Assembly: GCF_018977255.1 (NCBI RefSeq)
Contig: NW_024704742.1
Coordinates: forward strand, 7,318,001-7,382,000
Reading direction: 5' to 3'
From: Callorhinchus milii
Lineage: Eukaryota
Length of the DNA: 64,000 nucleotides
This document shows positions 1-13,458 of the stretch, piece by piece; the first letter of the stretch is position 1; every line of letters begins with the position of its first letter. The notes beneath the pieces are model-generated. The model was not told the DNA's origin. It searched no databases and saw only the letters and a program-made list of their open reading frames with translations. The translations under genes were made by a program, and so were the position numbers.

Positions 1-726
1 CTCCCTTTTCACCTCCTCTTCTGAAGGCTTTCAAGGAATTATAGTTCGCAGAAGGTCACCTAGATATTATACTGACATGTGAACCTTAGAGCGAATGTTG
101 GCAGGGCATTGAACCTCAGGACTCTGGCAGCAACCTGTTCTTGCCAATTTTGACACAATGCACCTTGAGCAAGCGCTCTGGGATGCTACCCTGAGTGAGG
201 GGCGCTATGTAAATACAAGTTGTTGTTGTGATTGAATCAGTGAACCCAAGATGATCCTTCCCTAAAATGTCTTAATGAAGGGACGCTGAAGCTACTTGTA
301 AGCTCTCTGCCACTGCTGGAATAAGCTAAGTTGGTTCAGACTAGCGATCCAACCTGGGCTCTTGCTGGTCCATGTTAGCCAGCTAGTCACTAATTAGATT
401 TGCTAAGTTGTATGCGGAACTGTGCAGCTCTTAATTTGAAGCATGCAGCAAGTTTGTGTATGATATTGGATTTCTCCTTGCTGCCCACACTGGGATGATG
501 CAACCCAGAGATTGATCTACTACTGCCTGACCAGAAATTGACATTGCATCCGTCGATCTTGAATTGAGCACCTTCCAGTCATGTGTCAAGCGTTAAATCA
601 GTTGAAAGCTATTGGGGTAAAACAAAATCAGATGTGGGCATTCATATACTGGTTGTTATTGTCTAATTACTCTCATTTAGTCTTTTATACTTGTACTAGA
701 AAAAGTATGTGCTGGAATAATACTAC

Positions 727-1072
727 TAATTATAATCCTTACTTGATGTAGCTCCTTTCATGGCAAGAGGGTGGCCGAATGCGCTTTACAGAATTTATTG
801 TAAAATGTAGTGACTGTGTATTTTGTAGGCGAATGCAGCAGTTACGTTGCATGCAGCAGTGTCCCACAAACTGAAGTGAATAACCAATTTTCTCCGGTAG
901 ATTGTTGGACCCAGGACACCAGGGAGAAACTTTTTTTTGGAAATAATGCCATGAAATCTTTTAACATCCACTTGAGCAGGCAAACGGGATATCAGTTTAA
1001 AGTATTGCATAAAAGGATGGCACCTTTGACAATGTGGTGCTTCCTCAGCATTATATTAGAGTGTCAGCCTGG
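727..1072 (-). mobile_element. Old Deu-domain SINE copy (SacSINE1/AmnSINE-like), head eroded
   Basis: Reverse-strand tail (taatccttacttgatgtagc...), Deu core (gcagcagtgtcccacaaac) and ggatggcacctttgacaatg...gagtgtcagcctgg, shared with the copies at 20688, 30682 and 38690. Confidence 0.75.
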
Positions 1073-2613
1073 TCTCTGAACTCTAAAGAGTCCAAACATT
1101 ATAGGCTTAAGAAGAGAAAGTGCTACTGATTGGGCAAGACTGCATACATTAGAGTTTACATCAAGGACTGGTACAAACTCAAACCACGACCATGTGTCGT
1201 TAAAACCGTTTTACAAGTAACGACCAACAGGTTCCTGGAAAATCTCATCCTAGCCAACATTGTCGATTTTTTTTCTTAAGTTTTCTCGCCTAGGTTTACA
1301 ATCATAAAATTTCTTTATTTTTGGTTAAAATGTAGATTCGGGGCAGTGTTTGTCGTGATTGTACTATTAACTGAGCTGAGAATTGTTGCCCTTCCTCTGA
1401 ATGGCAGTATCACCTGTGTTTATAACCTTCTGTACAACCGAACTTCAAACCCTCGGCTTGAGTGACCTTTTTTTTGGACTTTGCGTGTATCTAATTGAAT
1501 CGAGGTGTAAAAGATCAGCTGGCACACCGGGAGAATAGACGTTAGCTGGAGTAAGCTGTTTTGTTGTCAAAAGCGCTGTTCAGAATTCAGGCCAAAAAAA
1601 AAATCTTTTTTTCTGAATCTGAATGGGCATTATTTATATATTTTCCCTAGATTTTCCCATTTTAACTTGAGGTGTTCATTGCCCCATTCCACAGCAGCGG
1701 TGAGGGAGCTCACACTGGACAAAGCGAAAGCTACAGGAGGGAAATTCGACTCAATTTGCTGAAGTGGGCAATTCTGACTCAGGATCTGCTAATGTGTTAG
1801 CTTTGTGTTAAGCATGATAACCCGATCACTGTACACCTGCAAAATCATAACCGAATCCCCGTGCTGTCCTAATGTGGGTTGTGTTTAGTCTTGTGTGGTT
1901 AATTTGATTTCTTAACTCCTAAGCACCCACAACAGTGGGTGAAATTGCACACAGACCCAGACAACACAAAGTCTCTTTAAGTGTTGTCTGAAAGTAACAC
2001 GTAACAGAAAAATAAAGCCTTCCGCCACGCAACGTTTTTAATAAAAAAAAACCTTTGATGAGCTTTGAACCTCGGCCATTGGATGGTTTCAATAGAAAGG
2101 GATTGCCATCTGGCAAACTGCGCTGCTGGAATTTTTACTGCAGAAGTAAATATTCTAGAGTACAATCGTGTCGGTACATCACCCGTTGAAATCAGTTGTA
2201 AACTAAAAATGCCATTCTAAACCTAAATTGTGAAACCAACTTTGCAGAGTAGCTGCTTGCAGCAAGGCATAGCACAACAGTCTCTTTTGCCAGCCAAAAT
2301 GGCAGCGTGCCAATACTGTAGTATATTTTGGAGGAAGCTGCAACCTCTGCAGCCTGAAAACTCCCTGTCGAGGCAGTAATGATCGTTACACGTTTGGTTA
2401 TGGTCCTCGGATTTAACGAAACCTATTGAAGGGCAACATGATTTTTTTTCCCCTTCTCTAAAATACTTATCTTCGAAAGAACACTCTTAACAACAAAGGA
2501 TTGTAAAAGCTGATCAAAAAGCCAGTACTCTATGAGGCTAATTGAATTTCTGTGTCTGAAATAGAGTTGGCTGCGCTGTTTATGGAGAGAAAAGAAGGGT
2601 TAGGGTTAGCTTG

Positions 2614-2660
2614 CTTAGCCAGGTTTCCCCTTAGCCAGGTTTCCCCTTAGCCAGGTTTCC
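2614..2660 (+). repeat. Tandem repeat, 3 x 16 bp (cttagccaggtttccc), inside an ancient SINE-like element
   Basis: Direct reading; units start at 2614, 2630 and 2646. Confidence 0.95.
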
Positions 2661-4710
2661 AGTCCTTATTACTGCCCAGTGACACCTGCTGGAAAGACAG
2701 CAAGTGGGGATTGGCTTGACTGTGCTATACTGTCCTGCTGAGGCTCTGTCTCGGTTCGTACTTGAAGGAAGGACACTTGACGTACCAGATGGTGCTCAGT
2801 CCCAGTGGAATTGCACCTTCCAGAATAGTGGCAGTAAGGAAGAGTCACTGCTTTTATGCCCAGTGAGAGAGAGAGAGAGAGAGAGAGAGGCGCCTATTAT
2901 CTTGAGCACATCGCATCGAAGCAAGTTGTGCAGTTTTCACAGTGCAATAACATGTTTAACACGTCCAAGGTTCCAAGCGTTTGGCAAACAATCAGTTTTC
3001 AAACCCTTTTCAATGTAGATTGTGATCTTGTTAGAAGTTGTGATTCCTGTGTTTCGCTGATGAGTACGTGGGTTATATCTGCCAGCCCTGCTGTTTGAAA
3101 TGTTTTGTCCAAAGAGGCTCGGCTGATACTGAATGTCGACGAGCCTCTGTGCAGGATGCATGTCCTGTGTCCGTCTCACAGAATATCGCACGGGTATTTA
3201 TTTCATTCATCTTTACAGAAAACTGCTGATTCTCGAACCTAGCGTATTTACTTCTCCCCAAGAGGGTGATGTGTTTGGACTTGTTGACTGGAGGTTCCAT
3301 TTCAAAGCTGCTGCAAATCAGCTGTTAGTGTCGCTTAAAGCATTCTGTTTTAAGAAGACATTTTCAGGTGTTTCGCACAAAACGTGCAGCATAATATTTG
3401 GAGGATCGCCACCAAGTGCACTCAGCCTGATTGTGGAATAAAGTCTAATTTTGTTTTTAAGTTACATCTCTGTGCTGTAGCGGAGCTTACTATGACAGGT
3501 AGGCATGGGTGGTTTGATGATGTGATGGGAAGCACAAGGTTACAGTTTAATTTGCCCTGCCCCGAGGAATCAATGAGCAAGGCAAATTAATTAATGCTGG
3601 TCAGACATAGACAGCCACTGGTGTTCTTAGGGTGATTCCCAACTCCTCTTGATTAGATAGATGGCTTAGAGTGTAATACATTGTGCGTTTGGCATAATGT
3701 ACTATATTCATAATCATGGGAGCAATGTGCAGTGTTAAGTGACACAAACAGTTAATGATTTCTGTGAGAATGTCAGCAAGGATATGCAGTATGTTGATGG
3801 TCACCAACTAAAGAGTGGAGTTCAAGTGAAATCCTTTGTTTGCAATCGCATTGTACACACAATTTTACAAACGCAGGCGAGTATGAGGGAGTGATTACAA
3901 GGCTGTATAGAATTCTGCGGTTTCCAATGAACCCAAAAGATCAGGCAGCGTTGAAATCATTTGAACTTGTTGATTAGGTTACAGCTTTACAATCATTCCC
4001 AGGTTTCTATTGATCCATATGTGCAGGGGAATTGAATGTGATATTAATAGCATCTCACTCATTGTGGCAGCGAACATTTCTCGTTCTTTTCCCACTGTTT
4101 GAAGGTTGCCATAAGCTTTTTGTTATAGCATTTTCATGTTTGGACATCCCAAAGCACTTCACAGGATACCTTATCTATCTTCTATATGCTAATAAAACGA
4201 CAATGTCTCTTCAAAAAGGATTTCAATGACCAATTGACGTAGATGAATGATTTATGCTTGTTCCGAAAGGGCTTGCAACTGGGAGTGACATGGGCGTATT
4301 TGTTTTCGGGTATCTCCTATCGTTCATGAATTACTTTTTAAGTTTTGCGGTTTTTGCTGCAGTTACACCTGGTGGCTGCCGAGACAAAGTGGGGCTGTGG
4401 CGTCGTGTGTCATAGAGCACCTAGGTATGTACGCATACGCACACTGCAGTTACGCCTGTTGGCCACGCTGGCTGACCGTGTCGCTGTGGCATCTTGTGTC
4501 ACAGAGCACGCACATAGCCAAATGGCGGGAACCAAATAAAGAATACAGACGAAGCCAAGTCATGGCGACAACAACAAATTACATTTTTAAAGCACCGAGT
4601 CCTCCCACAGGAGTCCTCCCAGATGAGTACAGATAAAGATGAAATGTCTGTCTGTGTATCAATCTACATTCCACATTGGTTCCTGGCTGCAAGCGTAGCT
4701 GCCATGGGTA

Positions 4711-4945
4711 CAGGAAGTATATTATAAAGTGGAGTGAATGTGTTTTGTGGGAAAACGTGGCAGCAGAGTTGTGCAAAGCAATGTTCCACAAACACCCATG
4801 AAGTGAGTGACCAATTTTACTTGGGGGATTGTTGGCCAGGACACCGGGAGATATTCCCTTCTCTTTGCGATTAGCGCTATAGGATCTTTAACGTCCAATT
4901 AAACAAGCAGACGGGACCTCGGTTTAACGTCTCATCTGAAGGACA
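4711..4945 (-). mobile_element. Old Deu-domain SINE fragment
   Basis: gttggccaggacaccgggag...ggatctttaacgtcca...acctcggtttaacgtctcatctgaaggaca, shared with the other copies. Confidence 0.75.
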
Positions 4946-6644
4946 AAGCAGTTCATTGCTGTCCACGTTAGCAGCAGGTCTAGGTTGAGTTCATTGTTTT
5001 ATACTTTGACTTTGCATTGAATGGGAACTGTATCCTTTTTACATTTCTGAAGCTCATTTACAGAAGATGGTCCAGCTATGAAAAATGGGAAAATTACCAG
5101 CAAATTACCCCAGTTCTTCCCATTGGAAATCCCAGTGGCTACAAGAGAAGATTTGCATCAGTCCCATGCGGCCTATCCACTGATGCATGTCTACCCTTGA
5201 TTTCAGCTGAAGAGGAAAAGCCAGTTGTTTGTGTCGGGCAGACAATTTAATGGTTCGTAGCTTGTGAATTGACTTTTGGTTGAAGAGCTTCACTGTGAAC
5301 CTGGTGGGATCACATTCAAATTAGCTCACTCTGTCTGAAGCTGAATGTGATTGGCAAAGGGAATCAAAGCACATTTGGGGCATCAGTTTTACAATTAACA
5401 TTTGCATCAAGTTGACAGTTAGAGTTTTCCGTTGCCTTAGCATTTGCATTTTGTCTGAGTGAGTTTTACTGCTGATTTGCATTGGGTGTGAACCAGCTTT
5501 TCTGCTGAGCTTTACGTTGGGTACGAATGAGTTACTGCCTTTCAGTTTATGATTTGTCAACTCCACAAGTACCCGTGGATTAAATGGAATATATTACTGG
5601 CCGACAGTGCTTTGCCAGCACTCTTGCACTGCGGATTTGTCAGTTAAGAATTTAGGCTCTTGTCACGAGTGAGAGAGCATCAGTAACGCACTGTCACCCA
5701 GTGATGTATTCTATTTATTCTTTGGCCATTCAAGGCTCGACACCAAGGCTTGCTTAAGTACACAATGGAGGTTTTTACGAGGGCTGCATAAGCGATCAAC
5801 AACCTCTGTTTGTGAGGCCACGTTAAGTGACAGACTCAATCACTGGAATGCTCATTGCTTGAGCATGTCTGCTTATGGGGGAATTTTCTCAGCTTAAGTC
5901 AAAATGTTCAATGACTCGATAAGTGCCTGGAAAAAAAGGTAGTGGTCAGAGCTGGATGTTCAATTCTTGTTGTGCAGAATGTCACTCTGAAGATTAAAGG
6001 AGCACTAAAGAGAGCTGTGTCCTTTTGTCTTCCGGAAGGTGTTCTTTAAAAAAATAATTGTAATGACAAGCCGGTCGGTTCAACCTCCCTCTCAGTTGGA
6101 TGGAGTGACGAGAGCTGATGATGTAGATGATTTTCACCTGCCGACTGAGGACGGAGATCAAACTGTCCACAAGCAGCAATGCCCTGCTCTTCTCTGTTCT
6201 GTTCTGTTACTGTGGCCACTCTGCTACCCTATATGAATTTTTAATTGGCAACATGTTGGTCAGAATATAGTTTTTCTGCTGTAAGAGACCATTTCATTTT
6301 TGAAATTTGAAAGAACTGTGCTCCATCGCTTCAAGACGCGAGCTGCCCTGTTTGAACGGTGCCTTCAATGTGGTGGCTTGGGTCCACAAACTCAGCGCAG
6401 GTTAGGAGAGGCACGTCCACTGGTCAGCACTTCTGGGGATCGTCGGGTCACTCTTGATGTCATTTCCTTTGGGAAGTGACTTCAATGGCACTTCCGGCGC
6501 GTAATATACTTGTGCGCAGGAAGTGATTTCCTCCACATATATTACGGCTGAAGGGTAATGATGTCAGTTTTATCCTTGCTATCCAAAAGGCCTTGCAATA
6601 GTTTGGATATGTGCCCTCTGTGCCATCAGTGGCCGCACTTTCAG

Positions 6645-6856
6645 CCACTGCGTCCTGAAACTTTGGAAAACTCTTCCTCTATGCCTTGCCCCTTCCTTCC
6701 TCATTTTCAGGTCACGCCTGAAGACCTTCTTATTCGACCGTGCCTACGGTCACCTCCCCCTCGCCCTGACTCAAAGTCATGTTCTGCCACTGTCAGGCGC
6801 TCTGGGGCACTACCCAGCGAGATGGGCGCTATATGAATGCAAGTTGTGGCTGTTGT
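6645..6856 (+). mobile_element. L2 LINE 3' end (5'-truncated)
   Basis: ...ctgaagaccttcttattcgaccgtgcc...gcgctctggggcactacccagcgagatgggcgctatatgaatgcaagttgt tail. Confidence 0.7.
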
Positions 6857-7129
6857 CTATGTGGAGTGGGAGGGAGTCAACAGATGAGTTGTTCCTCTTC
6901 CTCTTCCCTCCCTCTTCCACCTCACCCTCCCCCCCCCCCCCCCCAATGTGGTCACACACTATTTCACCTTCACTGCAAGACCAGAGATTAAGTTGCACTC
7001 TTGCCCCTTCACATTGAGAAATAGAGAGTGACAGTGAAGAGCGTAAAGTGATAGCAATATACCCCATATACAGCAATTGGCTAGTAGTTCTTGCCGACAG
7101 CGAGTCTCTGCTGGTGAACTGCATAAACT

Positions 7130-7275
7130 TTTCTCCCGCTGACAGTAAATTGAATCAACCCATTATAATTTGCTGTCATGTGGCATCAACACTCGCAGAA
7201 TAAAAGAACCTTTCTCCCACTGACAGTATATTGAGAATCACACCATTATAACTCAGTCATGTGGTATCAACACTC
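7130..7275 (+). repeat. Imperfect tandem duplication, 2 x about 65 bp, period 81
   Basis: tttctccc.ctgacagta.attga...ccattataa...gtcatgtgg.atcaacactc at 7130-7194 and 7211-7275. Confidence 0.9.
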
Positions 7276-7414
7276 AAAAGAGGAAGCACTGAATATAATT
7301 TGTTAACCGCATTAAATATTTTGTTCTATTGCTTGAATTCCTTCCATATATGTGGTGGTGGAGGACCCTGATATGAGTTGGAGCCCGGTCCCAGGTTCCT
7401 TTCCTCTTAACTCC

Positions 7415-7784
7415 GGAGGCTTGTAGCTCAGTGGTTAGAGCACTCGTCTCGCAAGAGAGACCTGGGTTCGATTCCCGGCAGGGTGAAACTGTGGGGCAAG
7501 TTTCCTTACGCCGCGCGACTCTGCTTACCAGCAATAAGTAGGAACCCGGTTGTGAGTCGATTGGCGAATCGCTTTTCCGGGGCTAATAATTCTTTCAAAC
7601 AAATAAAATAATAAATTGGTCTCTTCAATCCGCGGCTGTTTGTGGGACGCTGCTGTGCGTAATTGGCTGCTGCGTTTCGCCCGTAAAATATACAGTCAGT
7701 TCACTTTACAGTATATTCTTGTGAAGCGCTTTGAGACGTCTCAAAGTTGATAAGGCGCTATATCAAATGCAAACATTATTATTT
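7415..7784 (+). mobile_element. Full-length tRNA-Ala-derived SINE, long variant
   Basis: A box tagctcagtgg, B box ggttcgattcc, internal aagtaggaacccggttg...gcttttccgggg block, Deu core tgtgggacgctgctgtgcgtaattggctgc, L2-like tail and (att)n. Confidence 0.9.
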
Positions 7785-10700
7785 ATAGGTACGGTATCAG
7801 AATAAACCTTCTAAATAAAGAACCAACTTTAATGCAGATTGGGTCTATGAAGAGGTATTTCATTTGCGCGATTAATTTGGTGCTCTTGCCTCTGTAGCTG
7901 CTTGCCTGTGTTAGCAATGGGGCTGTAGTTCTTACCCTATACAGCGCTATTAACTACAGCCTTTGCTCATCGATAACAGAGTTTTCCACATTCAGAAACA
8001 GTGATTATACTAATCCTTACATTTGGTATAGCACCACATGCAGGGAGGATGACCCAAAGTGCTTCACAGGATATACTGTAAAGTACAGTGACTGTGTTTT
8101 GTAATCAGATACCCACAATAGTATTCCCCTTAAATACTGCATCTCTCACAAATGACAATTCCCTCTGCCATTTGCCACCATAAGTTGTACTGGGGGAGGG
8201 AGCTCTTCCGCAGCATTACCAGATTAATCTGTGTATCTAGTTTATGCTAGTTAATTCAGTGCAATCTTTGCATTTGTAAGTAAATGTCATGCTAATGTGG
8301 AGAAATTACTTCATCTGGAAGGGTAATAGCAGTAGGATTGAACAGGTGCAGGTCTGCAACGACATGAAGCAAGCCTGGGCTCATTGATCAACTGCACTTT
8401 GTTTCAACAGCCGTGACATTCTCATCAATATTTATTGTTAATTTACAAATTGCAAGCAAATTACTGTTCAAAAACCTCAGCCCACAGCTCTGTTGGTTGT
8501 TGTATATCCCCATTTATCTTTTCATTCCATATATCTTGTCTTTAGTCCTTTGAGAAATTGCAGATGTTTTATTAATTAAAACTGGGTACTTTAATTGATT
8601 GAAACTAAGTCTTGGCTATCTTTCTTCCCCCACACCCTTTCATTCTCACCAGTGATACAGTTAACTTCAAAATGCGCTAAGGTGATGCTGAATTTGTCTT
8701 GATAAAACTTTTTGTGAAAAACTTTTTTTTAGGATGAAATTATTTGCATTCAGCTTTGAATGAACTGATTCCCTGAAGTTAAATTACTGTGAAAGAATGT
8801 TTGAACAAGTTTAAATTGTCTCCTAGACTAATGCTCAATGTGCTGTAGTCTTCACACTGTTGTAGATTGTTTGGGAGAAGGGGAAAGATTGCTCTTGTTA
8901 ACATAAGGATCGTGACCAATGTTGTCGGAACAATCACACTTATTATTCGTTTTATTCTTTTTGGGGGGTCACTCATTGCCATTAATCTTTTCTTCAATGA
9001 ATGCGTAAGTATTCAAATCTATTTTAATGGGGTTTCAAATCTATAGAACTACATTATGAGCTTTATCTCAGCTGAATAGTTGGTGTAACTCAAGTTTGAG
9101 AAGCTAAAGCGTGTTATAACTCAGACCTGCACAAGTTGATATGTGCAGAATGTGTTTTGCAATTATGAATGGATCAGGAATTTTGCTGGTGTAATGATGG
9201 TGTTGAATGCAGTTAACCAACATGTTAATCATCCCCTCCCCACCGGTGTCCCGACTGTTTGTGGGACACCGCTGTATGCGATTGGCTGCCACGTTTCTCC
9301 CACAAAATACGCGGTCACTCCACTTTGCCGTGTATCCTGTGACGCGCTTTGAGACGTCCCAACGACGTGCTAAGGCGCAATATCAAATGCAAATGATTGC
9401 AAATATTATTATTATGTAGACATACGGCGCTTCAGCTGCACAGGAGATACTGACGTTGACTTGGTAAGAAATGGAGAGCAGATTTCTCTGACTTAAATAG
9501 AGGCACATTTTCCCACAACCCTCGATTGCACCGTTTTCCATTGTCAAAGAAGCCGCCTTGATTGTGCGGGGGGAGGCGGAGGAATGTTTGCCTGGTGTAA
9601 ATTCAACAGTGTGCACCGATGGGCTAAAGTCGCGATGACCAGGAGGGTGCTTATACCAAGAGGATTTCTCTACAGAAGCCCAGGAGGCTGTTTAGTGGGA
9701 CAGATTCAATAAAAGCGAAGTTGTATTTTTGTTCTTTTTTTAAAAAAAAACTAAAGACGCAAAGCTTTCACGTAATAATGGCAAGCAAGAATCGGGAATA
9801 TTATAAGGAGCCAAACTGTACCACAGAGACCCTGGTTTCTGGTTGACAACCTGCTGCGTTTAAGAAGTCTGCTTCCTCCGTATCAAGTGCTGTCAGCAGA
9901 CTCTTTGTACATCACCAGACAATGGTCCCAGTTGTGTGATGACAGAGGTGTACTGTTGCTTTCTGACATCTTATTAAGGATTGTTGCCCGCTCTGAGCAG
10001 TGATAACTAGAGCAGCATTCTCCTCCTCTTTTCTTTTGGGGATGGGAAGGGGATACAGGAAGTCCATTCATTTCTACTGTTATTTTAAGAAGGGGCGGGG
10101 GGGGGGAGGGAAGGGGATTTGCTTTCCAGTCGTGATGATGGTGTATCCCGGCCTTTTACGCTACTTTCTTCTTAACTGTTTAATCTGAGGATTGACATCT
10201 TGAAATTATGGAAGCTGCATAGAAACATGATGAGATTCCTGCAATTTCCATTAGAAATCCATATAAAGGACCTGTAGGGTATTTGTGTGTGTGTGTGTAT
10301 ATATATATATATGTTTTTAAAAGTTTGGTCAGTAGTTGTTTGACATCAACTAAGAGGAGAGCAGAAGATGAACAACAGTGAATAGATGACTTCAATGATG
10401 CCTTTAATTTGCTGCGAGTGTGTGAGGTAATAATAGTGCCTTTCCTGTTCGGAGACGGGAGTCTTTTATTGCCAAAGATGCTTGACAAGTGGACCTTTAG
10501 CAGCATTTTGTTCTATTTTCCCAAAGCGTGATGAACCTGCAACATTTATTTATAGAGGTACTGAGCTGACAACCCCATGTGACTGCCTCAGTGCATAAAA
10601 TATTAATAGGGAGGAAATGTGAAGTTAATCGCAAACACGATTTTGAAACGTTACAATAGGCATTTATAGGAATTTGAAACTATGGGAGTGTGTGTATGTG

Positions 10701-11287
10701 GTGTATGTATGTGTGGTGTGTGTGTGTGTGTGTGTGAGAGACTGGTGGATGTGGGAGCATTCCAGTCTGCCTTGGTAGCATGTTAAAATTCTATCTATTC
10801 TGTTAAGCAGGGCAAGGGGTGGGGGGTGTGGGGGGCTTGTTGGTGGGGAGGATCATTAATCAGCTGGTATTGTAACTAGATCAGAAACAAAAGACTTCAA
10901 ATTTTTGGAGACACCAAAAATTATTCTCTCTCGCGCGCACACACACACTCCCGTAGTTTCAAATTCCTACACTTGCCTATTGTAACGTTTCAAAATCATC
11001 TTTGCCATTAACTTCGCAGTTTGTAATATAATAATCCTTCCATTTGATACAGCGCCTTATCACGCCTCCGAGGCGTCTCAAAGCGCTTCGCAGACTATAC
11101 TGTAAAGTGAAGTGACTGTTTTGTGGGCCCAAACGACAGCGATTGCTGCCGTTTATAGTGACTGTGTGACCTTGCACCATGCAAAATGGATGCACGTTAC
11201 CTACGAAAACAAATCACTGTGAGATGAATGAACCAATTAATTTGGAGGGGTTTCGGAGTGTTGGCCAGAAGAAATTCTTCTCTTTGT

Positions 11288-11612
11288 GGAGTCCTGTAGC
11301 TCAGTGGTTAGAGCACTCGCTTTGCAAGTGAGAGACCTGAGTTCAATTCCAGACAGGGCGAAACCTTGGGCAAGTTTCCTTACTCCACACAGAGCCTAAT
11401 AATAATCCCTCCAAAAATCCAAAAACAATAATAAATTGGTCATTTTCAATCTACGACTGTTTGTGGGACATTGCTGTGCGCAATTGGCTGCCGCGTTCGC
11501 CCACAAATATACAGTCAATTCACTTTACAGTCTATTCTGTGAAGCGCTTTGGGACGTCCTCCCGACGTGAAAAGCGCTATATCAAATGCAAGGATTATTA
11601 TTATTATTATTA
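11288..11612 (+). mobile_element. Full-length tRNA-Ala-derived SINE, short young variant
   Basis: ggagtcctgtagctcagtggttagagcactcgctttgcaag head, Deu core, gggacgtcctcccgacgtgaaaagcgc tail, (att)n; nearly identical to 21141-21471. Confidence 0.93.
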
Positions 11613-13267
11613 AATAGTCCACGGCATCCGAACAGGCTTTATCGGCACCGCGGCGGAGTGTCAGCCTGCACTCTGAGCAAGCCCAGACATTCACGACTCT
11701 GTGCCTACGGCAGGAATTGAAAGGCTCTATACAAATGTAATTTGTTGTTGTTGTTGTTGTTGGAGGGTGTTCTTGCTCTACCAAGTGCAACCTGTGAGGC
11801 TCCCAACATTGAGGGCTTTAAGAGGGCTTCTTGAGAGAAGAAAGATAAACAGGCTGTCACTGTAAAAAAATTTCCACAGCTCAACAGAAATGGTTGCGTA
11901 AAAAAGTAAATTCAAGAATGTGATTCGGGGTCAAGTTCATGTCCTCAAGGCTGACGCAGAGTTTATTGCTCAGATTGATTTAGTTGCCCCATCTGATCAA
12001 TGGCACTTTTAATTCACTCATTTAAGGAAATTAACAAGAGGTGATTCATCAAGAATAGAATTATGCTGTGTTAACATTTCATTTCTTAGAGTGGTTGCCG
12101 TGCTTGCAACTCTTTGAGGTCAATTTCATTCGGTGGCTGCTGATTACATAAAAATTATTTGATCTTTTTTTTTGAGTGTGAATTGAAACCAATCTGACAC
12201 GTCAAGTTGTGCTGGATGATTCTCCTTCTCGGTTTGAAGTACTTTGGAGATCCAATTATCGGCACTAATTGGGACCGGGTTCATTGTGTTTAAGGAATCA
12301 GTAGAAATAATTGGGCATCACACAAAATAATTGACTTTCTTTTTTTTTCTTTTGCACTGATTTTTTTCTTTTCCCCATTGACTTTTTCTCCACCTTGCCG
12401 ACTTTTTCCGATCTCAACAACAACTTGCACTTACATAGCACCCTCCACGCAGGATAGCGTCTCAGAGCGCTTAAACCGCTGTGAGCTGAATGACCAATTG
12501 ATTTGGAGGAGTCCTGGAGTGTTGGCCAGAAGAAACTCTGCTTTTTCCAAATAGTGCCACAGGATCCAAACAGACTTTATCAGCACTGCGTTGGAGTGTC
12601 AGCCTGCACTGATCTCCTCGACTTTTGCTTTCTCTATCTCTGAATTGGATACTCCCTCTGTTTCTAACTCTTATAGCTAAATCAGAATCCCTGTAACTTC
12701 ACACGTCCATTCATACAACTTAATTTATTTGCTATCACAGTTCCGACTTACATTCTGCATCCAAGAGTCTTCTAAAGATAAATGGACACGCAAATAGTCA
12801 GCGTGCAGTTACACTGTATTCTACTGTCTTACGAATTGGAGCACAGTGATTTGTAACACACAAAACATTATTTGTGCTCCTTGCAACAGGAGCTGAATTC
12901 TGGGACTTAGTATTGTTTTACGACCCTTAATTCTTCATCATTGTATGGAAGATGTCTGTCTTTAAGGGGCTGTTTCTGTACTTGGACTTGCAAAGATGCA
13001 TCATTACTGCATCTTTGGTGTAGTACAATATTGTAGTGTGGTTTATGAGCATTTAATGAGCATATTTTCTGCATGTGAAGGATTTTTGGTGAGAGATCCA
13101 TGTCAGAGAGTTTTCAGTGTTTGTATGAAGTAATCAATTTTACATACAAATTATGGTGTGAGCAGAAATGATTAGCATGATTTAAAATCCAAATAGGCAT
13201 ATCTTACATGTGATGTGAAAGAGTTTGTGTTGTTTCAGATTGATTCGAATCTTAAGAGACTGAAAAC

Positions 13268-13458
13268 TCTGGAACGCTCCCTCAATCCCTCCGCTTTGCC
13301 CCCTCTCTCCCCTCTTTCAAGTTCTGCCTAAAAACTTTCTTCTTTGACCGTGCTTAGGGCCACCTCCCACCCTCCCCACGCCTCGGAGTCAGGCTCCGCC
13401 ACTGTTAAGCGCTCTGAGACGCTGCCCTGCGCCGAGGGCAAGTTGTGACTGTTGTTGA
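13268..13458 (+). mobile_element. L2 LINE 3' end
   Basis: ctctggaacgctccctcaatccctccgc...aaaactttcttctttgaccgtgc...gttaagcgctctgagacgctgccctgcg...gttgttg. Confidence 0.7.

Noticed and set aside
2596..2609. Telomere-like agggttagggttag
   Set aside because: Only about two units; expected by chance and embedded in a repeat.
11288..11360. tRNA-Ala-like sequences (also at 7415, 21141, 24386, 32480, 43090 and 61512)
   Set aside because: They lack a proper acceptor stem and continue into SINE body sequence, so they are SINE heads rather than tRNA genes.
12240..12320. Possible Tigger-like TIR (ccaattatcggcactaattgggaccggg) as partner of the end at 53038
   Set aside because: Too degenerate and 40 kb away; it cannot be paired with any confidence.
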